Source: Myxococcota bacterium (GTDB lineage Bacteria; Myxococcota_A; SURF-8; G963663525). Taken from it: a DNA stretch of 64,000 bases. Below are positions 21,042 to 31,209 of this stretch, one piece after another. The stretch is taken from positions 1-64,000 of the forward strand of contig CAXXVK010000043.1 in assembly GCA_963676915.2 (NCBI GenBank), read 5' to 3'. Both the position numbers and the translations under genes were made by a program. Position 1 is the first letter of the stretch. Each line of letters opens with the position of its first letter. The notes under the pieces were generated by a model. The model was not told the origin of the DNA. It did not search any database and saw only the letters and a program-made list of their open reading frames with translations.

Positions 21042-23375
21042 CTACCTGGCCGTCTGATTTTCGTATTCAACATAATCCCGACAAGGCTGACCTCGCAATG
21101 CTTCGCAAGGGGGAATTTCTGTTGGGACATCGATATCCGGTATTACAGGCAGCACGACACTCGATGCGTAGTCTTTCATGTGTGCAATCGTGTGGATGGG
21201 AGGCGTTTCCGATTCGAGCAGTAAAAACCGCCACCGCGCACGACTGTCGCCGGGAGTGTCCACGCTAAGGCGTATGCGTGAACCTGCGCGGAAAATGTGC
21301 GAAAAGGGCATGATTTCCACTCGGACTTCATTCCATACGTCTGCCTGGAGGGGTTCGACATCTTCCTCGTAGTGGGAGGAAACGGGACGAAATTCCGTGG
21401 TTTCAGGCAGAAGATTGCGATGAGAGGCGCGCAACCAGCCGCTCTGAATATAGGATTCCCGACCATCGGGGCGGACTTCGGTAAGATTCACTTCCAGGTC
21501 GGCGTCGTCCGCTGTGCTTTTTAACCAGAGATCCACACTTCCCGAACCCACCATCACAAGATCTTTATCCAATGCTTCGGTGATAAAACTCAGGGCTTTT
21601 CCCTCTACGAGTTGAACGTAGTCGTAATTCGGCTGTGGAATGTCGATGGAGCCATCTACCAGCGTGACGCGGCTGCCGGCTTCCGGATCGTGCTCGAAAC
21701 TGCTGGCGCTACCATCCTCCGGTGGCAGGCTTTTGCTCAGACCACCTTCAGGTTGGAAATATAACCTCAAGGCTTGTGTTTCAGGAATCGGCCATTCAGA
21801 GAATTTGACGTCGAAACGTCCTCGCGGCGCTCCGGGATCTACATCTTCATGCGCCCCGGACTCAAAAATGACACGGATATCCTGTTCGGCTTCGTAATCG
21901 GCGAGTGCTTGTTCGAAATCCGTGTATTCCTCGAATCGATTGGTGGGTAACTCCAATCCTGAAGAATGAAAGACATCTTCGATGAAAATCGGGACCATCG
22001 TGTAAAGTAGCGGATCCAATTGCGGAATTTCCTGATCCACATAAAACGCGAGAAAATGCGCCCACTCAATCAAGTTCTGTGGTGCAAAACCATCCGGGTG
22101 CACGCCGTTGGTCATGGTGAAACGTTTTGCCGGGGCCTGGTCGAACTTGCCGAACAGAATCGGGAAATGCGGACCGGTTTGCTCGTCCTGGCTCTGCCCG
22201 GTCAAGAACACGGGAACGTCGATTTTATCGACGAAGCGGGTGGGGTCGTATTGCCCGGCGACTTCTTCCGTATAGTATGGATTATCCAGCGCTTTTTGGA
22301 TTGCATCAAGTTTTTGGCTGTGAAGAAGTTGGTGCTCTTCGCAGATCGTATCCCCTTGTTCTACGAGTTCGGTAATCCAGCTGTGAGCGTACGGTTCGGC
22401 CTTGTTCAGCACCATTTCGATCCATTCCAGCGCGAATCCGTTGTTGTAGATGCCACCGGGAACAAGTGTGGAGGTTGCGGTGTCAGCAATCACGGAGAAC
22501 GGCGAAATGGCAGCGAGCGAGGGCGGATTGGTCGAAGCGACGAACAGTTGGGTGATGCCTGGATAGGACAATCCCACCATGCCGACCTTGTGGTGTTTGA
22601 CCCACTCCTGCCGGGCGATGATTTCGATTACGTCGTAGCCGTCAAGCAGTTGAAGAGGTTCGAAATAATCGTACGCTCCGCCCGAACAACCCGTGCCGCG
22701 AAGATTCACTCCGACGGAAGCATAACCCATGACGCCTGCAATCAATCCCGATGGATGAGAGGGTGCGTCGCATAGAATGGGATAGGTTCCGCAAAAAATC
22801 TCGGCATCTTCACCCAACGAGCGGCCTGGACGACTGGGACTGTAACCTGAGTAATTGACAACGGTAGGATAGGGACCGTCTTCCACCGGTCCGGGGAGAG
22901 AGACGAAAATCGAGAGTTTGGTCCCGTCGCGCATCGTGATGTAACCATATCCAGGTTCGATGACCTGTTCTTCGTAAAAAGACACGTCTGGCAGCGAGTT
23001 TTCGACCGACATTACGTGGAGCTGATCGGTGAGATCCTCCGGGTTGTCAGCGAGACGAACGGTGTAACCGGCTCCCGCTTCCAACTCACGCACGACGAGA
23101 GAACCTTGGTAATCGGTAGTGCCACTAAAAACGATTTCTCCTGTAGAATCAAGTACTTCAAAATCGGTTTCGGCTTCGGTCTTCCAAATGTAGATCTGGT
23201 TGACCGTGGCACGGACCTTGAAAGAATCGGAAACCGTTTGTGGAATTTCGTTTTCCACATCTTCAGATTCCTCATCGCCATGGTTCAGAGATGGGCTTCC
23301 TTCGTCGGTGCAAGCGATCGCGATGCAAGCGACTAAAACCGTCCAAAAACAAGACAAGGCTATGGTGTTTTTCAT
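21042..23375 (-). CDS. CocE/NonD-family serine hydrolase (lipoprotein)
   Basis: ITMRDGTKLS, GPYPTVVNYSGY, RGTGCSGG, nucleophile GLSYPG, and PepX_C-like C-terminus (FRAGSRIRLSV). Lipobox IAC. Start at 23375 or 23414. Confidence 0.9.
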   Translation of the reverse strand: MKNTIALSCFWTVLVACIAIACTDEGSPSLNHGDEESEDVENEIPQTVSDSFKVRATVNQIYIWKTEAETDFEVLDSTGEIVFSGTTDYQGSLVVRELEAGAGYTVRLADNPEDLTDQLHVMSVENSLPDVSFYEEQVIEPGYGYITMRDGTKLSIFVSLPGPVEDGPYPTVVNYSGYSPSRPGRSLGEDAEIFCGTYPILCDAPSHPSGLIAGVMGYASVGVNLRGTGCSGGAYDYFEPLQLLDGYDVIEIIARQEWVKHHKVGMVGLSYPGITQLFVASTNPPSLAAISPFSVIADTATSTLVPGGIYNNGFALEWIEMVLNKAEPYAHSWITELVEQGDTICEEHQLLHSQKLDAIQKALDNPYYTEEVAGQYDPTRFVDKIDVPVFLTGQSQDEQTGPHFPILFGKFDQAPAKRFTMTNGVHPDGFAPQNLIEWAHFLAFYVDQEIPQLDPLLYTMVPIFIEDVFHSSGLELPTNRFEEYTDFEQALADYEAEQDIRVIFESGAHEDVDPGAPRGRFDVKFSEWPIPETQALRLYFQPEGGLSKSLPPEDGSASSFEHDPEAGSRVTLVDGSIDIPQPNYDYVQLVEGKALSFITEALDKDLVMVGSGSVDLWLKSTADDADLEVNLTEVRPDGRESYIQSGWLRASHRNLLPETTEFRPVSSHYEEDVEPLQADVWNEVRVEIMPFSHIFRAGSRIRLSVDTPGDSRARWRFLLLESETPPIHTIAHMKDYASSVVLPVIPDIDVPTEIPPCEALRGQPCRDYVEYENQTAR

Positions 23376-23870
23376 TGCAGGACTCCCAAGTGTGTCTGAA
23401 GAAGTCGTCATCATAGCACAAGGTCTGGAGAACGCCAGAAAGATCCGGCTTCGAAGTCATTCATAGAGTGCGAAATCGTACGAATATTTGGGTTTTTGTC
23501 GGGGAACGGCGTTGTCCCGGTTCTCATCTCGCCCATTCAACGTTATTTCTTTCTTTTTTTCGTCCATGTCTTCCAAAGCCAGAGACCGGTTTCGGGAGTT
23601 TTCTCAATGAATTTAACGAACGGAAAGACGCCATTTTTCGTATCCTGGAATGCTCGAGTTCTTGGTAGTACATCGAAATGGTTGCATACGTAACTTGTCG
23701 TAATCTGTCGCAGTTAAGAGTCTTCCCGCTTCCCTCAGTTGTTGAGAGTGTTAAATGGTATAAATAGCGTTCTGATAAAATATAGATACTACAGATACGC
23801 AAAGGATATGAATACTCAAGCTTTCGTTTGACAAGTACACGGTAGCACACCCCTTCTAGATAAAAATATG

Positions 23871-23899
23871 TTGCTTTTATTAGTATTTATGTCTAAGAT
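23871..23899 (+). promoter_or_regulatory. Sigma70-type promoter of the chemosensory operon
   Basis: TTGCTT-N17-TAAGAT in an AT-rich context. Confidence 0.5.
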
Positions 23900-23904
23900 A
23901 AAAC

Positions 23905-23960
23905 ATCGGCAAATCGGTAAATCGGTAAATCAGCAAGCCAGTAAATCAGTAAATCAGCTT
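23905..23960 (+). repeat. Seven tandem 8-bp direct repeats (consensus ATCRGYAA)
   Basis: ATCGGCAA ATCGGTAA ATCGGTAA ATCAGCAA GCCAGTAA ATCAGTAA ATCAGCTT. Confidence 0.9.
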
Positions 23961-24013
23961 TGATGCAGACAGCTGATCCACCGACGCATAGGCTCGTTTG
24001 GGAAACCAGTCTG

Positions 24014-24583
24014 ATGAATAATGGAAAAAGAAATTACTACAGTACGGGAGAAGCAGCCAGACTTTTAGACATCCCCGAAAGAACACTACGCTATTACTGC
24101 GCCAACCAAAAGATTCAAGCTGAACGTCATCCACTGACGAAGCGATGGCGGATTTCTCACCAATCCCTGCTTAACTTTATAAAAAGTCATCCGATGAGCG
24201 ACGAATTGCAATTGCCGCAACAACGTGTGCTCATTATCGATGATGAAATGGTCGTTGTAAAAACAATAATAAAAACAGTTAAAAATTCCGGAATCGATCT
24301 GGCCATCGATCTCGCTGAGGATGGTTTTGAAGCACTTCTCAAGATCGGACGCCATAGGCCGGATTTAATCATTCTTGACATTGTGATGCCAAACATGGAT
24401 GGCAAGACGTTGTTAAGAAAGTTGAAGCAGGATAAAAAAACGAGAAGCATTAAAGTCATCGTTGTCACCGGGCACCCAGAAGAAAAAGAAAACATTCGTC
24501 TTCTTGGAACTGATTTTATGTTGTTCAAGCCTTTCGCCCCAAAAGAACTGACGGCTGCAATAAAAAAACTACTGGTGGATTGA
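24014..24583 (+). CDS. Response regulator with N-terminal excisionase/MerR-like HTH (HTH_17) and C-terminal REC domain
   Basis: YYSTGEAARLLDIPERTLRYYC...WRISHQSL, then VLIIDDE, LIILDIVMPNMDG and KPF. Start ambiguous (23960-24014). Confidence 0.9.
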   Translation: MNNGKRNYYSTGEAARLLDIPERTLRYYCANQKIQAERHPLTKRWRISHQSLLNFIKSHPMSDELQLPQQRVLIIDDEMVVVKTIIKTVKNSGIDLAIDLAEDGFEALLKIGRHRPDLIILDIVMPNMDGKTLLRKLKQDKKTRSIKVIVVTGHPEEKENIRLLGTDFMLFKPFAPKELTAAIKKLLVD

Positions 24584-24619
24584 ATATCTGTTTTTGGGGG
24601 GACGACTGAAGGGGGAGTC

Positions 24620-24694
24620 ATGAAAACAAATAAGTTGATTATCAATTTGTTTTCGGGTCCGGAAGAACCCCGTGGTCGGAATCATTGGGAGTAG
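24620..24694 (+). CDS. Small 24-aa ORF (MKTNKLIINLFSGPEEPRGRNHWE), possible gene remnant or leader peptide
   Basis: Strong GGGGGAG RBS; stop 5 nt before the cheW ATG. Confidence 0.3.
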   Translation: MKTNKLIINLFSGPEEPRGRNHWE

Positions 24695-24699
24695 TGACC

Positions 24700-25185
24700 A
24701 TGCCGTCAAATCAGATATTCAGTGACGAAGCCCAGCAAGTCGTCGTTTTCGTTCTCGATGAACCTCTATATGCCCTTCCGTTAGCGTCCGTGGAAAGAGT
24801 TATCCGTTCGGTTGAAATCACACCTCTGCCTAAAGCGCCTGAAATTGTCTATGGGGTTATTGATAAGCACGGTCAAATCATCCCGGTGATCAATCTGCGA
24901 AAGCGTTTTGGCCTACCGGAACGTGAACTGACCGTGCATGACCGAATGATTATCGCCCATAGTACGAAAAGGACTCTGGCTCTGGTCGTGGATTCGATTT
25001 CCGATATTCGCGCCCTCGATGAAAAAAAGTTTGTCAGCGCTAAGGAAGAACTCCCGTTTGCAGACTACTTACAGGGCGTCGGTAAATTGGAAAACGGACT
25101 GGCGCTCATTTTCGATCTCGATCTGTTTCTCTCATTGGAAGAAGAAAAATTGTTGGATTCGGCTTTGGCCAAGGATTCTGAATGA
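24700..25185 (+). CDS. cheW: Chemotaxis adaptor CheW
   Basis: ITPLPKAPEIVYGVID.HGQIIPVINLRKRFG, LALVVDSI. Confidence 0.92.
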   Translation: MPSNQIFSDEAQQVVVFVLDEPLYALPLASVERVIRSVEITPLPKAPEIVYGVIDKHGQIIPVINLRKRFGLPERELTVHDRMIIAHSTKRTLALVVDSISDIRALDEKKFVSAKEELPFADYLQGVGKLENGLALIFDLDLFLSLEEEKLLDSALAKDSE

Positions 25186-26621
25186 TGCCTTCACTGTCCG
25201 ACAACCTTCTTTTCAGGCTCAGCGAATTCATTGTCGATCGCCTGGGTTTGTATTTTCCCCGATCACGATGGAATGATCTTGAGCGGATGATTCTTAAGGC
25301 CGCAGGTGAATTCGGATCGAGCGAACCGAATGAATTTGTCGAATGGATACTTTCGTCAAAACTTGACCGAGAGAAAATGGACCTCCTCGCCAATAACCTC
25401 ACGATTAACGAAACTTATTTCTGGCGAGAACCCAATGCTTTCGAAGCTCTTATGGAGGATGTTTTACCCGAGCTGATAAATTCGCGAAGAAGAAATCGAC
25501 GGCTGAGAATCTGGTGTGCGGGATGCGCTTCCGGAGAAGAACCCTATTCCATCGCCATGGCCTTGCACAGGATGATTGCCAACTTGGACGATTGGAATAT
25601 TACGATCCTGGCTACGGATATCAATCCACGGGTGCTGACCAAAGCACAAGCAGGCATCTACAGCGAGTGGTCGTTTAGGAATTCACCTCCTTGGCTCAAA
25701 GAGTCGTATTTTCGGCAGCATCAGGACGGCACTCGCGAGATCAAAGCGAAAATCAAAGAAATGGTGACCTTTGGCTACTTGAATCTCGCAGAGGATGTTT
25801 TTCCGTCCTTTGTGAATAACACCAATGCAATGGATATCATCTTTTGCCGGAACGTTCTCATGCACTTCGAACCCGAGCGCATCCGAGCGATCAGTCAAAG
25901 CTTGTACCACTGTCTGATTCCAAAGGGGTGGCTGTTTGTCAGTGCCAGTGAGTTGTCGCAATTGAGTTTTTCACTGTTTAAATCGGTCACGACTCATGGG
26001 ACGATCGTCTATCGGAAACTGCCGTTGGACCACAAACCATCCAGAAAAGTCGTTTCTCCTAAGGTTAACTTTCGTCAGCCTGGGACTCACGCGATTTCAA
26101 AGCCAGTGGATAAAATCAAGCGCCGCACACCCACGGCGAAATTATTCAAGCCGGTCATCGATGTACCAAAGAGGCAAGAGGTAATCCCGACACCGACGAA
26201 CAAAAACAAATCGAAAACCGCACATGAAATCGCTCAATCCGTCCGTGCTATGGCTAACGAAGGTCGTCTGGACGAAGCGTTGAATTTATGCGACCAAGCC
26301 ACTGGAACTTACAAACTTGAAGCAGGTCTCTATTACCTGAAAGCGACAATTCTCCAGGAACTGAATCGGGTTGATGATGCAATCGTTTCGCTCAAACAAG
26401 CGCTGTATCTAGATCAGAATTTCGTTCTTGCACGATATTCCTTGGGAAATCTGACCATTCGCCAAGGGAATGTGGAAGCTGGCAAACGCCAGTATAAAAA
26501 TGTGCTCATCCTGTTGGCCGGTCTCGGGGAGGATGATGTCCTGCCGGAATCAGAGGGCATGACAGCCGGTAGGTTCAGAGAAATCATTCGATCCATCATG
26601 CAAATAGGAGACTTGCAATGA
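25182..26621 (+). CDS. cheR: CheR methyltransferase with C-terminal TPR (WspC-like)
   Basis: LTINETYFWRE, IWCAGCASGEEPYSIA, DIIFCRNVLMHF; TPR ..LKQALYLDQNFVLARYSLGNL. Confidence 0.95.
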   Translation: MMPSLSDNLLFRLSEFIVDRLGLYFPRSRWNDLERMILKAAGEFGSSEPNEFVEWILSSKLDREKMDLLANNLTINETYFWREPNAFEALMEDVLPELINSRRRNRRLRIWCAGCASGEEPYSIAMALHRMIANLDDWNITILATDINPRVLTKAQAGIYSEWSFRNSPPWLKESYFRQHQDGTREIKAKIKEMVTFGYLNLAEDVFPSFVNNTNAMDIIFCRNVLMHFEPERIRAISQSLYHCLIPKGWLFVSASELSQLSFSLFKSVTTHGTIVYRKLPLDHKPSRKVVSPKVNFRQPGTHAISKPVDKIKRRTPTAKLFKPVIDVPKRQEVIPTPTNKNKSKTAHEIAQSVRAMANEGRLDEALNLCDQATGTYKLEAGLYYLKATILQELNRVDDAIVSLKQALYLDQNFVLARYSLGNLTIRQGNVEAGKRQYKNVLILLAGLGEDDVLPESEGMTAGRFREIIRSIMQIGDLQ

Positions 26622-27265
26622 ATCCGGATCACGAAGCGAAGAACAAAAACCTGACCGACATCGACTGGGAGAAAATTCATCGCAGTCTTGAGGAAACGGG
26701 AACGTCGCTTGAAGAAATAATCAATGGATCGCCCGAAAAACAAAAAGAGATTTTAAAAGCACGTGCTCGCGAATTGTCTGGAGAAATCGAAAGTGTCGAT
26801 CCGAGCATGGAGTATCTCGAGATCCTTGAATTCTCCATGGCTTCAGAAACATACGGTATAGAAACCGAATTTATTCGAGAAGTATTGTCTTTAAAAACCT
26901 TCGTGACGCTGCCCGGAACGCCCCCGTTTGTTCTGGGAATTATCAACGTGCGAGGGAAAATCGTCTCGATTGTGGATCTGAAGATCTTTTTCAACCTTCC
27001 CTTACGAGGCATTGCGGAACTTGACATCGCTATCATCCTGCATAACGAACGGATGGAATTCGGAATTCTGGCCGATAAAATTCTCGGATCCTTCACCATT
27101 CCAAAGGAAAAGATCCAGCCACCGCTTCCAACGCAAAAGGGAATCAGCGTTGAATACATAGCCGGTGTCACCGAGGACAACGTGATTATCCTCGACGGGG
27201 CAAAGATTTTAAATGACGAAGAGATCGTCGTCGACCAGGAAGACAAGAAGGGTTCGAGATATTAA
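26618..27265 (+). CDS. cheW: Second CheW
   Basis: [33 protein letters not shown]. Confidence 0.92.
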   Translation: MNPDHEAKNKNLTDIDWEKIHRSLEETGTSLEEIINGSPEKQKEILKARARELSGEIESVDPSMEYLEILEFSMASETYGIETEFIREVLSLKTFVTLPGTPPFVLGIINVRGKIVSIVDLKIFFNLPLRGIAELDIAIILHNERMEFGILADKILGSFTIPKEKIQPPLPTQKGISVEYIAGVTEDNVIILDGAKILNDEEIVVDQEDKKGSRY

Positions 27266-27278
27266 AGGAGAATCAGTC

Positions 27279-28889
27279 ATGAAACTTACAGTCGGATTGA
27301 AGATCGCCGGAGGATTTTTTCTGGCTATTGTCATCATGGTGGTCATCGGAGTGAGTTCGTACACGTCTTTGAATACGTTGGTCGAAGCCAGCTACTGGAA
27401 GGATCACACGTATGAGGTTTTGGGGGATCTGGAGAAACTGCTTTCACTTTTAAAAGACGCGGAAACCGGACAGCGAGGTTTCATCATTACCGGCGAAAAG
27501 CGGTATCTTGATCCTTACAATGCCACGCTGAACCAAATTTTCGATGATATCAAAGATATTAAGGAATTGACGGCAGACAACGATAATCAGCAGCGCAGAA
27601 TTGATCAGATTCAGAAAAAAGTTTCCGAAAAGCTCACGGAGTTGCGAGAAACGATTTCCCTTCGCGAAACCGCTGGATTTGAAGCTGCCAAAGCTGTCGT
27701 TTTGACCGATAAAGGCAAAATTGTCATGGACGAGATCCGTGATGTGATCGATGACATGATCCATGAAGAGCAAACACTGATGAAGATACGTGCCTCGAAA
27801 GTGGATGAAAGCACTGAAAATGCCAAAAACGTTATTGTAGGAGGTATCATAATCGCTTTGATCCTTTTGACCATTGCCTCCTTCACGATCACACGCAATA
27901 TTGCCAATCCTCTAGCCCTTGTCACATCTGTGGCCTCTCAAGCTGCTGCGGGTGATTTGCGTTCAAATATCCCATTGATTGAAAGGTCGGATGAAGTCGG
28001 CACGTTAACAAAAGCTTTCCGCCAAATGGTGGAAAATCTGCGCGAAAATATTGCCGAGATTACGGAAGGGGTCGAATTGCTTGGCTCGTCTGCCAATGAG
28101 ATTCTTGTCGGCACGACGCAGGTGGCATCTTCTACGGCTGAAACGGCTACGGCCATCAGTGAAACATCGACCACTGTCGAAGAAGTCAGGCAAGCGGCAC
28201 GTCTGTCTTCGGAAAAAGCACAAGGCGTAGCCAACGACTCTCAACGGGTTGCTGAGGTGGCCCTCTCTGGAAGAAATTCGGTAGATCAAACCGCTGAAGG
28301 TATGTTCCACATTCGTGAACAAATGGAATCGATTGCGCAGACAATCGTCCGTCTGAGTGAACAAAGTCAGTCTATCGGAGGTATTATTGCCTCCGTCACG
28401 GATCTTGCCGATCAATCCAACCTTCTTGCAGTAAACGCAGCTATCGAAGCGGCAAGAGCCGGTGAGCATGGCAAAGGCTTTGCCGTTGTCGCTCAGGAAA
28501 TCAAAAGCTTGTCCGAGCAATCGAAGCAGTCAACTCTGCAAGTGCGGGAGATTTTGAACGATATTCAAAAAGCGACCAGTATGGCCGTCATGGCGACAGA
28601 GCAAGGCAGCAAGGCTGTGGAAACGGGTGTGAAACAGGCCGCTGAAGCAGGAGAGGCCATCCGCTTGCTGGCTGACAGTACCGACGAGGCTGCGGAGACG
28701 GCTATGCAGATCGTGACGTCAAGCCAGCAGCAGGTCGTCGGTATGGATCAGATCGGTGTCGCCATGGAAGACGTAAATCAAGCCGGTGCGCAGACGGCGG
28801 CGAGCATGAAGCAGGCGGAAATATCAGCGAAAAATCTGCATGAATTGGGTCTGAAAATAAAAAGTCTGGTTGAAAAGTACCAGATATAG
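27279..28889 (+). CDS. Methyl-accepting chemotaxis protein (CHASE3-HAMP-MA)
   Basis: AAGGAG RBS; two TM segments flank CHASE3 ([21 protein letters not shown]); HAMP (RSDEVG); hairpin [23 protein letters not shown]. Confidence 0.95.
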   Translation: MKLTVGLKIAGGFFLAIVIMVVIGVSSYTSLNTLVEASYWKDHTYEVLGDLEKLLSLLKDAETGQRGFIITGEKRYLDPYNATLNQIFDDIKDIKELTADNDNQQRRIDQIQKKVSEKLTELRETISLRETAGFEAAKAVVLTDKGKIVMDEIRDVIDDMIHEEQTLMKIRASKVDESTENAKNVIVGGIIIALILLTIASFTITRNIANPLALVTSVASQAAAGDLRSNIPLIERSDEVGTLTKAFRQMVENLRENIAEITEGVELLGSSANEILVGTTQVASSTAETATAISETSTTVEEVRQAARLSSEKAQGVANDSQRVAEVALSGRNSVDQTAEGMFHIREQMESIAQTIVRLSEQSQSIGGIIASVTDLADQSNLLAVNAAIEAARAGEHGKGFAVVAQEIKSLSEQSKQSTLQVREILNDIQKATSMAVMATEQGSKAVETGVKQAAEAGEAIRLLADSTDEAAETAMQIVTSSQQQVVGMDQIGVAMEDVNQAGAQTAASMKQAEISAKNLHELGLKIKSLVEKYQI

Positions 28890-28903
28890 CAGGGGCGCTG
28901 ACG

Positions 28904-31186
28904 ATGGATGACAAGCATGCAAAATTCCTAAAGCGCCTCAGGGCAACCTTTCGTGTTGAAGCGGATGCTCACATTCGATCGATTTCCTCAGGTCTGATCG
29001 ATCTTGAGAAATCGCAAACGCCTGAAAAGCATGCTGAAATATTGGAAGTCATTTTAAGGGAAGCCCACAGCCTTAAAGGAGCGGCGCGTTCTGTTGAGTT
29101 GAAAGATATCGAATCTGTCTGCCAGCCGTTGGAAGGAGCCTTTTCCGCTCTGAAGCACCAATCGATTTCCCTGTCACCGGAACGGCTCGATCTTTTTCAC
29201 CAGACCTTGGATTTTCTGAACCAGTTACTGCCCACAGATGAGGAAGAAACTCCATCTGCGGACCGTGCTCGGGTTCGAGAGTTTAAATCTCTTCTGAAAA
29301 AGGTTGTTTCTTCCGGCAACGTGGCTTCTTCAAAAGACAGGAAGACAAAAGCCGACCACAAACCGGTCGAACCTTATCAGGAGCCAATCGAACCACAAAC
29401 GGAGACAATTGCGAAACAAGCTCCTGCCGAAATAATAGCTGCCGGATCGGGTAGAGTGAGGGTATCAACCAATAGATTGGAATCTCTTCTTCTTCAGGCT
29501 GAAGAGCTGATTCAGGTCAAATTGGCCGCTGAGCAGAGAAATAATGATTTGAAGCAGATCCATCACGCGATATCAGTCCTGATGGATGAATCGAAAAAGT
29601 GGACCGATCGCGTAAAAACGGGGGATGATTCAACGTTCAAGGATTGGCATCAATGGAACGAAAAACAACTAAAACTCCTTGTAAATCAAATAACGCTTTT
29701 GACCAATGCACTAAATCAGGATCAGCGGACCACGAAAAATCTTGTGGATGAGCATTTGGAAGAGATGCGGAAAATCCTGATGCTTCCGGCGTCTCTGCTG
29801 GTGGAGACTTTCCCCAAAATCGTTCGCGACCTGGCCCGCGACCAGGGTAAAGATGTAGACGTTGTGGTTAACGGACAAGCCATCGAGATCGACAAGCGCA
29901 TTCTCGATGAATTGAGAGATCCTATCAACCATCTTCTGCGCAATTGCGTTGACCATGGAATAGAGAAACCGGATACGCGTGCCAGCCTGGGTAAAGCCAC
30001 ACGCGGTACGATTACGATTTCTTTTGAAACAAAAAGCAACAAACAAATAGAGATTCTCATTTCAGACGATGGGGCGGGAATTGACGCGGAACAGGTTCTC
30101 GCAGCAGCAATCAAAGCGAAAACCATTGCACCGGAATCTACGAAGAAACTCGACGACCAAGATATTTTATCCCTCATTTTCCAATCGGGAGTTTCCACCA
30201 GCCGCATTATCACCGATATTTCAGGACGCGGACTTGGAATGGCTATTGTGCGTGAAAAAGTGGAAAAACTTGGCGGAGTCGTCTCCATTGAGTCACGCAA
30301 GCACGAAGGTACGACATTCAAATTCCTTTTGCCGCTTACACTGGCTTCCTTTAGGGGAATTCTTGTTGCGGTTGATGAGCATGTGTTCGTTTTACCCACG
30401 CTAAACGTCCAACGTACATTAAGGGTAAACCGAAGTTCCATCAAAACGGTTGAAAACCGAGAAACGATAAACGTTGATGGACAGATTTTACCACTGATTG
30501 GCCTGGATGCAGCCCTGAATCTGCAGGTCAGAAAAAAGAGAACACGGTCTCATAATTCTCTACCCAACGAGGATTATCTCTATGTAGCCGTCGTTGCTTT
30601 CAGTGAAAAGCGCCTTGCGTTTCGGGTGGATGAAATTCTAGACGAACAGCAGGTGATGGTGAAAGGGCTGGGACCGCAATTGAAGTATTTGTACAATGTT
30701 GCCGGAGCGGCGGTTCTGGGAAGCGGAAAGATTGTTCCGGTCATCAACGTATCGGACCTCATGAAATCGGCGATGCGTGTGGAATTTTCGGCTCGACCCG
30801 CAGAGGAAGAAGAATTCACCAATAAGGGAAAGGTTCTGGTTGCCGAGGATTCCATTACGTCCCGAACACTGATCAAAAATATTTTGGAAAGCTCCGGTTA
30901 CGATGTCACGACTGCGGTTGATGGTGCAGACGCTTATGACAGAGTTTTATCGGAAACGTTCGATCTCGTCGTATCTGACGTCGATATGCCCAATATGAGT
31001 GGTTTCGAACTTACGACCAAAATTCGCAGTGAAAAGAAATTATCGGAGATTCCCGTGGTGTTGGTGACCGCACTCGAATCCAAGGAGGACCGAGAACGAG
31101 GAATCGATGCCGGAGCGGACGCCTACATTGTCAAGAGCAGTTTTGACCAAAGCAATCTGCTTGAGGTGATTCAAAGATTGTTGTGA
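28904..31186 (+). CDS. cheA: CheA-REC hybrid histidine kinase (WspE-like)
   Basis: HPt REAHSLKGAAR, HLLRNCVDHGIE, SGRGLGMAIV, CheW-like domain, C-terminal REC. Confidence 0.95.
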   Translation: MDDKHAKFLKRLRATFRVEADAHIRSISSGLIDLEKSQTPEKHAEILEVILREAHSLKGAARSVELKDIESVCQPLEGAFSALKHQSISLSPERLDLFHQTLDFLNQLLPTDEEETPSADRARVREFKSLLKKVVSSGNVASSKDRKTKADHKPVEPYQEPIEPQTETIAKQAPAEIIAAGSGRVRVSTNRLESLLLQAEELIQVKLAAEQRNNDLKQIHHAISVLMDESKKWTDRVKTGDDSTFKDWHQWNEKQLKLLVNQITLLTNALNQDQRTTKNLVDEHLEEMRKILMLPASLLVETFPKIVRDLARDQGKDVDVVVNGQAIEIDKRILDELRDPINHLLRNCVDHGIEKPDTRASLGKATRGTITISFETKSNKQIEILISDDGAGIDAEQVLAAAIKAKTIAPESTKKLDDQDILSLIFQSGVSTSRIITDISGRGLGMAIVREKVEKLGGVVSIESRKHEGTTFKFLLPLTLASFRGILVAVDEHVFVLPTLNVQRTLRVNRSSIKTVENRETINVDGQILPLIGLDAALNLQVRKKRTRSHNSLPNEDYLYVAVVAFSEKRLAFRVDEILDEQQVMVKGLGPQLKYLYNVAGAAVLGSGKIVPVINVSDLMKSAMRVEFSARPAEEEEFTNKGKVLVAEDSITSRTLIKNILESSGYDVTTAVDGADAYDRVLSETFDLVVSDVDMPNMSGFELTTKIRSEKKLSEIPVVLVTALESKEDRERGIDAGADAYIVKSSFDQSNLLEVIQRLL

Positions 31187-31209
31187 AGTAACCTGTGGTG
31201 GAGACGCAA

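Noticed and set aside
23905-23960. Possible CRISPR array or iteron origin
   Set aside because: 8-bp contiguous units with no spacers, and no cas or rep gene nearby.
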